A DNA stretch of 64,000 bases from an uncultured Bacteroidota bacterium (GTDB taxonomy: Bacteria; Bacteroidota; Bacteroidia; Chitinophagales; Saprospiraceae). A model generated the notes under the pieces. It searched no databases. It was not told the DNA's origin and saw only the letters and a program-made list of their open reading frames with translations. How positions within the stretch are numbered: the stretch's first letter is position 1; each line of letters begins with the position of its first letter. A program made the translations under genes and the position numbers. The DNA is taken from contig CAIYFY010000235.1 in the NCBI GenBank assembly GCA_903925535.1, positions 6,473 through 70,472 of the forward strand. Direction: 5' to 3'. Positions 10,201 through 19,416 of this stretch are shown here, piece after piece.

Positions 10201-10245
10201 ATGGGCCGGGTTCAATCCCTCAGATGTTTTCTTTTGCCTGCAAGT

Positions 10246-11556
10246 ATGAAATGGGCATCCTTCGTTCTGGCTTCAATCCTTGTGATTTTTCTTGGCTATT
10301 TTGCCGACAGAACAGTATTTTCCTCCTTTATAGCCGCCTGGTCGGTATTGTTTCTGCTCTATGGCTGGCTGGTATTCGGATATCGCCATATTTCCACCCG
10401 GCAGTTGATTCTGGCCGGTATTGTACTCAGGCTGCTGCTGCTTTTCAGTATACCGCAGTTGTCGGATGATGTGTTCCGGTTTTTGTGGGATGGCCGGCTG
10501 ACTGTTTCCGGCTACCACCCGTTTCTGCACACTCCTCGATATTTTATTGACAATCAATATAATGTGCCAGGCCTGACACAGGAATTATTCGTCAGGCTCA
10601 ATTCTCCTGACTACTTTACGGTGTATCCCCCGGTGTGTCAGGCGGTGTTTGCGCTGGCTGCACTGGTTTCGCCGGTTGCCGTTCTCCCTGCTGTGGTGGT
10701 GATGAAATTGTTAATGCTGGGATTTGAGGTATGCACGATTTGGCTACTGTGGAAACACCGCGGTAAGTTCGGCTTGCCGGAGAACGGGGCGGCCATTTAC
10801 GCCCTGAATCCGCTCGTTATTCTGGAGTTTTCGGGTAACCTGCACTTTGAAGGTGCCATGATATGCTTTTTACTCGCAGGGTTTATCGCATTGCAGCGCG
10901 ACAGGATTGTACCGGGTGCATTGTGCTGGTCGCTGGCTGCAGCCTCCAAGCTGCTTCCGCTGATGCTGTTGCCCGCTGTCTGGAAATGGCTGGGATGGAA
11001 GAAAGGAGCCCGTTTTATCTCCTTTTTCGTGCTTTTTTCGGTGGTGATTTTCAGTCCGCTGCTGGCGGTGTTGCCCAATATACTGGAGAGTCTTGACCTG
11101 TATTTCCGCCAGTTTCAGTTTAACGCCAGCTTCTATTACGTAATCCGTGTACTCGGGTTCTGGCTGAAAGGCTGGGATATCGGAGAATATTCCGGACCTG
11201 CACTGGGTCTGCTGACAATAACCGGCGTGCTATGGCTGGCCTTGCGTGTGCGCACGGGCGACAGCGCGCCTGCGCTCGCGCGTACCCTGATGTTTTCCCT
11301 TTTCCTGTACCTGAGCCTTGCTGCGGTGGTGCAGCCCTGGTATGTGGCTGTTCCGATGGTTTTTTCGCTGTTTACCCGGTATCGTTTCCTGATTTTATGG
11401 ACGGGGCTGGTGGTATTGTCGTATAGCCACTACCGCGGAGGGCAGTTTCAGGAACATTACTGGCTGATAGCGCTGGAGTATTTTTTTGTGTGGAAGCAAC
11501 TGGTGAACGAGGAGCATCGGAGGGTGTCTACATTAACAGCTCAATATTATCCTTGA
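10246..11556 (+). CDS. Polytopic integral membrane protein, possibly a GT-C-type (GT87/DUF2029-like) glycosyltransferase
   Basis: The track ORF starts at 10183, but its first 21 codons overlap the tRNA terminator hairpin. The ATG at 10246 gives 'MKWASFVLASILVIF...'. There are many hydrophobic helices. The family resemblance is from memory only. Confidence 0.6.
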   Translation: MKWASFVLASILVIFLGYFADRTVFSSFIAAWSVLFLLYGWLVFGYRHISTRQLILAGIVLRLLLLFSIPQLSDDVFRFLWDGRLTVSGYHPFLHTPRYFIDNQYNVPGLTQELFVRLNSPDYFTVYPPVCQAVFALAALVSPVAVLPAVVVMKLLMLGFEVCTIWLLWKHRGKFGLPENGAAIYALNPLVILEFSGNLHFEGAMICFLLAGFIALQRDRIVPGALCWSLAAASKLLPLMLLPAVWKWLGWKKGARFISFFVLFSVVIFSPLLAVLPNILESLDLYFRQFQFNASFYYVIRVLGFWLKGWDIGEYSGPALGLLTITGVLWLALRVRTGDSAPALARTLMFSLFLYLSLAAVVQPWYVAVPMVFSLFTRYRFLILWTGLVVLSYSHYRGGQFQEHYWLIALEYFFVWKQLVNEEHRRVSTLTAQYYP

Positions 11557-11811
11557 GAAGTTGTTCCAACAGGGGGCCATACAAATGTCGGTGTTTCGAA
11601 CCTGACTGTTTCGAAGGGGAAAGAGGCGTTCAGAAAAGACAATGCCTGTGACTCGAGTTGCGGGTTCCGGAACAGTATTTCGAAGGGCGCGATATTTCGG
11701 GCTGAAGCTACAGATGATTTCAAAAGTGGTTACTAATCAATGATATGTTTTCGTTAATAAGTGAATTTTTGCGTAAATAAAATCAATATTATGATTAATT
11801 CAATATAATAT

Positions 11812-11854
11812 TTTATAAAACACATCGGGGCGTCCTTTCTACAGACGCCCCGAT
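11812..11854 (-). terminator. Rho-independent terminator downstream of the YceI-like gene
   Basis: A perfect 12-bp stem 'catcggggcgtc'/'gacgccccgatg' (11823..11854) is followed on the minus strand by 'gtgttttataaaat'. Confidence 0.6.
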
Positions 11855-11862
11855 GTTATGCT

Positions 11863-12396
11863 TTAAGCTTGCTTCACAAACTGTACTTCAGCCTGCAGCT
11901 TCACTTCTTCACTTACCAGCACACCACCTGCTTCGAGCGGCGCATTCCACACAAGACCAAAATCTTTGCGGTTAATCTTTCCGTTCAGGGAGAAACCAGC
12001 CTTGGTGTTTCCCCACGGATCTTTCATCTGTCCGCCGTATTCAACTTCCAGCGTCACGGGCTGTGTTACCCCGCGCATGGTGAGATCACCAGTGAGATGG
12101 TAAACCTCATCGGATACTTTTTTCATTTCCTTGCCAGAGAAAACAACCTGCGGGTAGTTGTCAGCATCGAAGAAATCGGCACCCTTGAGGTGGTTGTCGC
12201 GATCGCCGTTACCGGTGTCCACGCTGGCTGCTTCAGCGGAAAAGCTGATTTTTGCAGTCGAAAAATCGTCGTCTTCGCTTTCAGCTGAAGCTGAAAAAGC
12301 ATTGAATTTGCCGGAAACGTTCGTGAACATCAGGTGTTTCACCTTGAAACCGACTTCAGAGTGGGTTGGGTCAATTGCCCAGGTAGTCTTTGCCAT
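11863..12396 (-). CDS. YceI-family polyisoprenoid-binding protein
   Basis: 177-aa ORF 'MAKTTWAIDPTHSEVGFKVKHLMFTNVSGKF...RDNHLKGADFFD...' matches the YceI-like pattern. Confidence 0.88.
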   Translation of the reverse strand: MAKTTWAIDPTHSEVGFKVKHLMFTNVSGKFNAFSASAESEDDDFSTAKISFSAEAASVDTGNGDRDNHLKGADFFDADNYPQVVFSGKEMKKVSDEVYHLTGDLTMRGVTQPVTLEVEYGGQMKDPWGNTKAGFSLNGKINRKDFGLVWNAPLEAGGVLVSEEVKLQAEVQFVKQA

Positions 12397-12450
12397 GTTG
12401 TAGTTTGTTTTTAATTAAGTGTTATAACATCTAATTTGAAAGTTTGTTCA

Positions 12451-12547
12451 TTTTTACCGCACCCCCATCTCTTCAAACTGTGCCGCGGCGTGCAGGAAGT
12501 GCGCTGTAATCCAGAATACGGTCCAGCTCTCCGAGTAGCCACCGCGG
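12451..12547. repeat. 97-bp direct repeat, copy 1: an orphan duplicate of the 3' end of the 13375..15414 gene
   Basis: Base-by-base comparison shows it is identical to 13372..13468. On the minus strand it encodes 'RGGYSESWTVFWITAHFLHAAAQFEEMGVR*' with no upstream gene body. Confidence 0.92.
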
Positions 12548-12558
12548 GCTCGCGGTCA

Positions 12559-13050
12559 TCATGGTAATTCACCTTCTTTTTTCAGGACAGCCTGGTAAAG
12601 GTCATCTGAAATCCTGAAACCTGCACGGTGAATCAATTCATCCAGAACGGACTTTATTTCCAGAATCAAACCTTGTCTTTTGGCTAAAGTCAGCACACCT
12701 ACAAGGCCCATAACTGATAACGAAAAGCCCCTGGCAACTTGTCTGCCCATTTTTTCATCAATAAGAAGTAATCCTGACTCTAATTCCAGAGCCAGGACGA
12801 TTGCCTCAGCCTCTCCGCTATCCAGTTGTGTCCGGAGCGCCTGAACAAGCGTTGTATTTGTACAGGCTCTTGTTTCAACCCACCTGGCAGCCAGCACAGC
12901 CTCTGCACCGGGCATACTACTTCCTCTCTGCGTAATTTCTTCAAAAACTTTGTAAGGTATAATTACTTCTCCGAATAAGGCCGGCAACAACTCCAGGCGA
13001 CCGATCATCGCCAGGTTTATAATCGGCGAAGTGTCGCTGACCACTATCAT
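12559..13050 (-). CDS. PIN-like (DUF3368/COG2405) predicted toxin
   Basis: 163-aa ORF 'MIVVSDTSPIINLAMIGRLELLPALFGEVIIP...' has a 4-bp ATGA overlap with the upstream UPF0175 gene. Confidence 0.78.
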   Translation of the reverse strand: MIVVSDTSPIINLAMIGRLELLPALFGEVIIPYKVFEEITQRGSSMPGAEAVLAARWVETRACTNTTLVQALRTQLDSGEAEAIVLALELESGLLLIDEKMGRQVARGFSLSVMGLVGVLTLAKRQGLILEIKSVLDELIHRAGFRISDDLYQAVLKKEGELP

Positions 13051-13289
13051 AGCTTCAGCGTGCTAATTGTTTCCAAATCCTCTTCGTAATCTTCCAGGTC
13101 ATAGTGTACAGGGATATCCCTGCCTGCCAGAATCCACTGGAACTGGTAGACAGGAAGTTTTGCCAGTCTTGCGGCCTGCCCCATGGTTAGTTTCCCTTTT
13201 TGGAAAAAAAGTACGGCAATCTCCACTAGAAGCTCCTGCTCGGTGAGACGTGTTGCGCGTATGTACTCCTCCGGAATATTAAGTACCAT
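13047..13289 (-). CDS. UPF0175 (COG2886) family predicted antitoxin
   Basis: 80-aa ORF '...LLVEIAVLFFQKGKLTMGQAARLAKL...' has a UPF0175-like HTH region and is translationally coupled to the PIN-like gene. Confidence 0.78.
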   Translation of the reverse strand: MVLNIPEEYIRATRLTEQELLVEIAVLFFQKGKLTMGQAARLAKLPVYQFQWILAGRDIPVHYDLEDYEEDLETISTLKL

Positions 13290-13371
13290 AATTCAACCAG
13301 TTTTTTGATTTGGTTCCCAAAGTTATGTCTCATTTGTGCCATGGAGCAAATCATTAACATATTTCAGGGTC

Positions 13372-13468
13372 TTTTTACCGCACCCCCATCTCTTCAAACT
13401 GTGCCGCGGCGTGCAGGAAGTGCGCTGTAATCCAGAATACGGTCCAGCTCTCCGAGTAGCCACCGCGG
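13372..13468. repeat. 97-bp direct repeat, copy 2: the functional 3' end of the 679-aa gene
   Basis: Identical to 12451..12547. It covers the last 30 codons, the stop and 3 nt of the gene at 13375..15414. Confidence 0.92.
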
Positions 13469-15414
13469 AGTTTAAGGACGTCGGACATATCGCCATGCTG
13501 TGCAAAGTTTGTTTCCTGAATTTGTTCCCCGTGTGCACCCGTGGGCGATATCATCTGTCCGCAGCTGCGATACATGACTACAGCCAGTCGCTTCAGCGAC
13601 TCGTCTTTCAGGTAGTTCCCCATTTTGTATATGGAGGGGGCCATTACTACTCCGTACACGTCCAGATGCTGGTTCTGTGCCGAAACGCCCGTCCAGCCCC
13701 TGGTTTTCAGGGCGTGATCGGCGAGGCGACCTGCGGGCATGGGGATATCCCACACCACAGTATAGCTGAGCACCACATCACAGGCGTGTTGGGCTGCTTT
13801 CAGATACCGGGCATCTTTGGTGGCTTCGTAGGCCGAAAGAAATCCCTGAAAGGCGCCCCATGCGCCCTCCTTGTCCTCGCAGGTGGCGTCGAGCGTGCCG
13901 CCCCAGTAGGGTTCCTTCATGTCACCGTGCCGGGTGATGTAGTAGTCGGTCGCCCTGAGCGCCGCTTCCCGGTATTTTTTTACACCGAACAGGCTGTGTG
14001 CTTCAAGCAGTGGGGCGATGAAAAAAGCCTCTGCAGTATTCACCGGATTCCAGGTTTTGCTCAGCAGGCGGTCGGAGAATATATCGCAGGCTTTCCGGAG
14101 AAAATTTTCCCAGCTTTGTGTCTTCATCCCGGCGTTTTTACGTCCCTCCCTGATGGCGAGCGCCATACTGTACATGGCCTGGCCTTGCGAAACGGCATCT
14201 TTATCGGTCCATTCATTGGTGTTGGGATTGTATGTAACGCAAAAACCGCTCTGGTCGAAGGGAGAGGTACAAAGGTGGTCGAGCGATCGCTGCACCATGT
14301 CGGGCAGTTTCGGATCGGTGATTCGTTTTGCAAGCGGCTGAAGTGCATAGCCGGGTGCTTCACACTGTCCGGCCCAGCCCATGACAATTTTTGGGGCATA
14401 CTGCGGAGGATACATATTGAAGCCCGCATAGTCCAGGTCTTCTATCCAGCGCGATTGCAGAAACTGATACTTCAGTTTGATGATTTCGTCGAAAGCGGGC
14501 AGGTCTTCGGCATAGAACGGCTTGAAAAGTTCGATGGAGGTGTGTACCGGCTTCTGGAAGGCTGTGCCGGGCCCGGGTGCGGCAAATGTTTCCAGATAAT
14601 AAGTTTTTTCTATGACGGTTCCCGGACGCACCTTCATCCAGGTATCCTGATATGGCAAGGGCTTGTCCTGCAGTGCCTTTACCTGTCCCTGCTGCCGGTT
14701 ATAGCCCACAGGTCCCGAGAGCAGGGTGAGCTCCGTGTTGTTGTAGGTGGTTGCCAGGCCGAGTGACCACCATTGGTCGTAGAGGTTGCCTCCGTACACC
14801 GGACTGGGAACAGAATGCAGGGCAGCGCCATGGGTGGTGCCGTCCTGTTGCCATTCTGCCAAAGCAAAGGGCATGGGGTACCGGTGTTCTTCAAAAATAC
14901 CGATATCACCCGGTTTGCTCTGATACCACGCTACATTGCCTGCACCATTTTTGTACCCCGACGGGTTGCCGTAATACAGGATGCCCGGCAAAAAGGGGCG
15001 ACTGTCGGCGGTGGGTGTGAGCCAGCGAACCGAGAGTGTTACCTGATCGAGGGTCTGCTCTCCGCGCCACTCCCAGCGGCGCAGGCACCGGATACGGCCT
15101 TCTTCCACGCGGTAGGCATCGCGCACCTGCCATTCTCCCTGTGGCAACTGCAAGGTGCCTTGCACAATGAGCCAGTCACCGGTAGTATCTACACGCGATG
15201 GCTGAATATGCTGCCAGTTATAGGGCCAGTTGTCGCGCCATTCCGTGGAAATACTCCAGAGGCCCTCTACCGGCGACTGCAGCATTATCTTGTCGTTTTG
15301 TACCACAGAAAGTAAATAGCCGCCATAAGCACGGCTGATCTGCAACTTCTGTGACAGGGCAGCGTTCAGAAAGACTGCCAAAAACAGTCCGGTCAGCAAG
15401 TTCCTCATTTTCAA
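13375..15414 (-). CDS. Secreted hypothetical protein; the C-terminal half may be an (alpha/alpha)-barrel glycoside-hydrolase-like fold
   Basis: 679-aa ORF with signal peptide 'MKMRNLLTGLFLAVFLNAALSQ'. I recognise no diagnostic catalytic motif. The overlapping + strand ORF 13336..14766 has aberrant composition. Confidence 0.7.
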   Translation of the reverse strand: MKMRNLLTGLFLAVFLNAALSQKLQISRAYGGYLLSVVQNDKIMLQSPVEGLWSISTEWRDNWPYNWQHIQPSRVDTTGDWLIVQGTLQLPQGEWQVRDAYRVEEGRIRCLRRWEWRGEQTLDQVTLSVRWLTPTADSRPFLPGILYYGNPSGYKNGAGNVAWYQSKPGDIGIFEEHRYPMPFALAEWQQDGTTHGAALHSVPSPVYGGNLYDQWWSLGLATTYNNTELTLLSGPVGYNRQQGQVKALQDKPLPYQDTWMKVRPGTVIEKTYYLETFAAPGPGTAFQKPVHTSIELFKPFYAEDLPAFDEIIKLKYQFLQSRWIEDLDYAGFNMYPPQYAPKIVMGWAGQCEAPGYALQPLAKRITDPKLPDMVQRSLDHLCTSPFDQSGFCVTYNPNTNEWTDKDAVSQGQAMYSMALAIREGRKNAGMKTQSWENFLRKACDIFSDRLLSKTWNPVNTAEAFFIAPLLEAHSLFGVKKYREAALRATDYYITRHGDMKEPYWGGTLDATCEDKEGAWGAFQGFLSAYEATKDARYLKAAQHACDVVLSYTVVWDIPMPAGRLADHALKTRGWTGVSAQNQHLDVYGVVMAPSIYKMGNYLKDESLKRLAVVMYRSCGQMISPTGAHGEQIQETNFAQHGDMSDVLKLRGGYSESWTVFWITAHFLHAAAQFEEMGVR

Positions 15415-15528
15415 TCTGATTATGTAATTTATTTGTCAGTTTAACCCGATTGTCCGGGTGTGCCTGATATGTTCAGCAATTGTACAACAAATTTCGTACC
15501 TTCGCAGAACATACGGGTTACAAAGAAT

Positions 15529-17529
15529 ATGTTTTTCAGGAAAATCATACCTGTACTGCTGGTGGTACTCACTCCCTGTACTGAAATCAGGACGCAGTGC
15601 GACCCTTTTCTGCCGGGTGCACTCAGCAAGCGTCCGGCAAACTACAACATTGATGTCAGGCTGGATGACCAGAACAGAATGCTGACGGCCGATCAGTCTG
15701 TCACGTTTGTCAACCAGTCGCCCGTGCCGGTAAAAACGCTCCGCCTTTATCTGTATCTGAATGCCTTCAAAAACACTGAATCCACCTTTCTGAAGGGAGC
15801 AACCAATGTTTTTGGACAAAAATTCGACGACAGGAGGCCGGAAGAGTGGGGCTGGGTGAACATCCGGTCTTTCTCGCGCAAGGGCGCAAAGGGAGCCGCA
15901 GACCTGCGCGCAGGCATGCGTTTTGTTCAGCCCGATGACGGGAATACGGAAGACCAGTCGGTCCTGGAAGTAGCGCTCGACCAGCCTGTCGAACCCGGCG
16001 ACAGCGCCGTTTTTCAACTGAATTGGACAGCCAGGATTCCCAAAACCATAGCGAGAGCCGGCTACAGCCGCGATTTTTACCTGTTCTGTCACTGGTTCCC
16101 CCAACTCGGCGTGTGGGAACAGGACAAAGACGGTGTCTGGAACTGGAACTGTCACCAGTTTTTCAGGCGGACCGAATTTTACGCTGACTTCGGGGTTTAC
16201 GATGTACATATTACTACCGACAGCAAGTACAAAATGGGTGCTTCCGGGTGTCTGGTCACCGCGGTAAATAATCCCGACGGAACCACCACGCGTCATTATC
16301 ACGCTGAAGATGTGATAGACTTCGCGTGGTCCGTTTATCCGTATTTTCAGGAGATAACCGATCAGTGGAACGGCGTTTACATCCGTCTGATGCTGCCGCC
16401 CGAACACGCCGCCATGGGGCCTCGTTACCTGTATATCCTGAAATATGCGCTGGAATATCTCGAAAAGCACGTCGGAAAGTACCCGTACCCGAGTATCACT
16501 GTGGTGGACCCTCCTTTTCACGGACTGCGTTCCGGGATGATGGAATACCCCACGCTGATTACAGTGGGTACCTTTTATGGTATTCCGGAGTGTGTACGCA
16601 CCTCCGAATCCCTGCTGATACACGAGTTCACGCACCAGTACTTTATGGGTGTACTCGCCTCCAACGAGAAGGAGGAACCCTGGCTGGATGAGGGATTCAC
16701 CACTTATTTTGAAGACCGGATTCTGGATGCGGCTTTCGGCGAGAAGCAATCGCTGCTTGCCTTCCCCGGATTTCATCTCGGCAATCGCGAACAGACACGT
16801 ATCGAGTACACCGCCATGCGAAACCCGCGCGATGGCAGTGTGGCAAGGCCGGGCTGGGAGTTTTCCGACCTCAACTTCAAAAGTCTTATATACAGTAAAA
16901 CAGCTACTTCACTGCGCACCCTGCATGAAATTATCGGCGAGGAGGCAATGGATCATATCATGCGCACCTACTTCGAGCGGTGGAAGTTCGCGCACCCGCG
17001 CGGGAGCGATTTTATGACTGTCCTGCAGGAAGAACTCGACAAACTGCCCGATACCACGCTGGCTGATAACGCTTACAGGCTCTTCGAAACGGCTATCTAC
17101 GACTCAAAGGTGATGGACTATGCTGTTTCATCCATTGTCAACGAAGTACTGCCTGGCCGACAGGGAATATTCGGAGACAGTGTACAGACGGTAGCCGACG
17201 GAAGCGCCGGGAAGCAGCGCGTCTCGAAGGTAGAGGTTCAACGTCGCGGGGACTGGGTGTATCCGGTTGAGCTGCTCGTCACTTTTGAAGATGGAAGTAC
17301 CCGTCTGGAACACTGGTCCGGAGAATCGGGTGTCCGTGTTTTCGAATTTTATGACACACCTCCCGTTGTATCGGCACAGCTGGATCCGTACGGGAAGCTG
17401 GGGCTCGACACCGATATCAACAACAACAGTCTGACCCTGCAGCCGGAACAGGCCCCTCTCTGGAAATATGCCCTGAAGTTCACCTTCTGGATTCAGAATC
17501 TGTTCCAGGCTATCACTTTTCTCGTATGA
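15529..17529 (+). CDS. M1-family (gluzincin) metallopeptidase
   Basis: 'HEFTHQYFMG' is followed 18 residues later by the E in 'WLDEGFTTYFE' (HExxH-X18-E). The internal ATG at 15529 gives the signal-like start 'MFFRKIIPVLLVVLTPC'. Confidence 0.85.
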   Translation: MFFRKIIPVLLVVLTPCTEIRTQCDPFLPGALSKRPANYNIDVRLDDQNRMLTADQSVTFVNQSPVPVKTLRLYLYLNAFKNTESTFLKGATNVFGQKFDDRRPEEWGWVNIRSFSRKGAKGAADLRAGMRFVQPDDGNTEDQSVLEVALDQPVEPGDSAVFQLNWTARIPKTIARAGYSRDFYLFCHWFPQLGVWEQDKDGVWNWNCHQFFRRTEFYADFGVYDVHITTDSKYKMGASGCLVTAVNNPDGTTTRHYHAEDVIDFAWSVYPYFQEITDQWNGVYIRLMLPPEHAAMGPRYLYILKYALEYLEKHVGKYPYPSITVVDPPFHGLRSGMMEYPTLITVGTFYGIPECVRTSESLLIHEFTHQYFMGVLASNEKEEPWLDEGFTTYFEDRILDAAFGEKQSLLAFPGFHLGNREQTRIEYTAMRNPRDGSVARPGWEFSDLNFKSLIYSKTATSLRTLHEIIGEEAMDHIMRTYFERWKFAHPRGSDFMTVLQEELDKLPDTTLADNAYRLFETAIYDSKVMDYAVSSIVNEVLPGRQGIFGDSVQTVADGSAGKQRVSKVEVQRRGDWVYPVELLVTFEDGSTRLEHWSGESGVRVFEFYDTPPVVSAQLDPYGKLGLDTDINNNSLTLQPEQAPLWKYALKFTFWIQNLFQAITFLV

Positions 17530-18389
17530 AACAGGTCATCCAGGCATTGATTCAGGGATTTAAAACCGGTTACCGGCTCAGGCATGTGAGTCTGATTGTG
17601 TATGCCATGCAACTCCTGCTGGCGCTGTCAGTCGGAATGCAGATCAGGGAGGTACTGGACGCATCGGTTGGGCGTTCACTGGAAATAAAAAAGCTGTTTT
17701 CGGGATATGATCACACCGTTGTCATGGACTTTCTGAAAGTGCACGGTGCCTCGCTCACCCCGCTCTTCGGACAATTGCGGTGGCTGTTGCTCGTATGGCT
17801 GGTCGCATCGGTTTTCCTGAATGGCGGACTGCTGCTTTGTGCCATTCACCCCGAACGTACCTCCCGGGGGGCTTACTGGCAGTTCGCTGCCGGGTATTTC
17901 AATCGTTTTTTGCAAACAGGCCTGATCTTTCTGGTACTGTTGCTGGTCTGGACAGCCATGCTGTTTATTCCCCTGCTGATCAGCCTGATGCCTATGCTGG
18001 AAACATTCCGGTCAGAAAAACCTGTTATTGGTGTTGCACTGCTGGTAGTAACTGTATGGCTGACGGGCGGTGCTGTGCTGTTTGTATGGTCTGTACTGAG
18101 CAGAATCAGGCAAACAGAGGGAGAGCGAATGATGCGTGCAATGAGGAAAGGCTGGAGCGATTTTATGCGCAATAAAGGCTCTTTTTTACTGCTGGCGGCG
18201 ATCTTTCTGGGGTTACAGCTCCTTGTGGCAGCGGCGTACCTGTTATGCTCCGGGGCAGCGGGAACGCACACAGGTACAGGTATTTTTGTCGTATTTTTGC
18301 TGCAGCAAGTATTTGTTTACAGCAGAATCGTACTTCGCGGAGTGATGTACAGTACGGTTCAGATTATCCAGCATGCGAAATATGTTTAA
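17526..18389 (+). CDS. Multi-pass membrane protein, hypothetical
   Basis: 287-aa ORF with several hydrophobic helices. Its start overlaps the M1 peptidase stop (ATGA). Confidence 0.6.
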   Translation: MKQVIQALIQGFKTGYRLRHVSLIVYAMQLLLALSVGMQIREVLDASVGRSLEIKKLFSGYDHTVVMDFLKVHGASLTPLFGQLRWLLLVWLVASVFLNGGLLLCAIHPERTSRGAYWQFAAGYFNRFLQTGLIFLVLLLVWTAMLFIPLLISLMPMLETFRSEKPVIGVALLVVTVWLTGGAVLFVWSVLSRIRQTEGERMMRAMRKGWSDFMRNKGSFLLLAAIFLGLQLLVAAAYLLCSGAAGTHTGTGIFVVFLLQQVFVYSRIVLRGVMYSTVQIIQHAKYV

Positions 18390-19416
18390 GAAAGCGATTC
18401 AGTTTCTGCTCTTTTTCGGCATCGGAGCAACCATACTCTACCTGGTTTTCCGGAGTCAGAACGCAGCCTTCATGGAGCAGTGCCGGCTCGACGGTGTACC
18501 GGAGGACCAGTGCAGTCTGACAGACAAACTGCTCGGAGATTTTTCTACAGTACATGTTGGCTGGCTGCTGATGGTTATGGTCGCATTTACTGTCAGTAAC
18601 ATATTCAGGGCACTGCGCTGGCAGATGCTGCTGGAACCTATCGGGTACCATGCCCGTTTTCACAATTCCTTTCTGACTATTTTACTGGGTTACTTCGCCA
18701 ATCTGGGCTTTCCGCGCATGGGCGAGGTAATCAGGGCCGGATCACTGGCCCGGTACGAAAAAGCCCCGCTCGACAAGGTAATGGGCACGCTGGTGATTGA
18801 CAGGCTGGCCGATGTGGTTTGTCTGGGACTGGTGGTCGGACTGGCTTTTTTATTTGAAGGTACCACGCTGCTGAATTTTATTAACAGCAACCGTCAGTCG
18901 GGTGCTCCCACCGGCGGTATCTCCCTGCCGTGGATACTGTTGCTGACCGGACTGATTATACTGGGTGCGGGTTATCTGTTCCGCGCGCGCCTGCAGGAGC
19001 TGACACTGGTAAAAAAGGGACTGGAAGTGGTGAAAGGATTCTGGGAGGGGCTTCGCAGTGTGCTGAAGCTCAAGAGCCCGGCTATGTTTACCGTCTATTC
19101 GCTGGGAATATGGGCGATGTTCTATCTGCAGTGCTATTTCAATTTGCTGGCCTTTCCGCCCACGGCACATCTGGGTGCCGGTGCGGCGCTGATGGTTTTC
19201 GTATTTGGCACACTGGGCTTTGTAATACCCTCCCCGGGCGGCATGGGTACTTTTCACGCCCTTTGTATAGCTGCGCTGGCATTGTACGGCATCAATGGCG
19301 GAGATGCGTTTTCATACGCCAACATCTCATTTTTCGCCATTCAGATTTTCTATAACATCATTGGCGGGGTATCGTCGCTGGTGCTGCTTCCCGTACTGAA
19401 CAAGGGCAAGGACTAA
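18373..19416 (+). CDS. Flippase-like / lysylphosphatidylglycerol-synthase TM-region (UPF0104) family membrane protein
   Basis: 347-aa ORF 'MRNMFKKAIQFLLFFGIGATILYLVF...FRALRWQMLL...' matches the LPG_synthase_TM-like pattern. It overlaps the previous gene by 17 nt. Confidence 0.72.
   Translation: MRNMFKKAIQFLLFFGIGATILYLVFRSQNAAFMEQCRLDGVPEDQCSLTDKLLGDFSTVHVGWLLMVMVAFTVSNIFRALRWQMLLEPIGYHARFHNSFLTILLGYFANLGFPRMGEVIRAGSLARYEKAPLDKVMGTLVIDRLADVVCLGLVVGLAFLFEGTTLLNFINSNRQSGAPTGGISLPWILLLTGLIILGAGYLFRARLQELTLVKKGLEVVKGFWEGLRSVLKLKSPAMFTVYSLGIWAMFYLQCYFNLLAFPPTAHLGAGAALMVFVFGTLGFVIPSPGGMGTFHALCIAALALYGINGGDAFSYANISFFAIQIFYNIIGGVSSLVLLPVLNKGKD

Noticed and set aside
10203-10220. tRNA T-arm-like sequence 'gggccgggttcaatccct' ~50 nt downstream of tRNA-Met, as a possible att-site remnant of a tRNA-targeting island
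   Set aside because: Only ~13 nt resemble the tRNA T-arm, and the flanks cannot form a T-stem. No integrase or other island genes follow. It lies in the leader of the membrane-protein gene and is probably a chance match.
12451-13468. 97-bp direct repeats as a transposon target-site duplication
   Set aside because: They are far too long for a transposase-generated duplication. No transposase or inverted repeats lie between them. I interpret them as a recombination or integration footprint (see findings).
13336-14766. 476-aa + strand ORF
   Set aside because: It is antisense to the 679-aa signal-peptide-bearing gene. Its composition is aberrant (His/Gly/Cys-rich) and it lacks a plausible N-terminus.
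15436-16776. 446-aa minus-strand ORF
   Set aside because: It is antisense to the M1 peptidase, which carries HExxH-X18-E. It is a shadow ORF.
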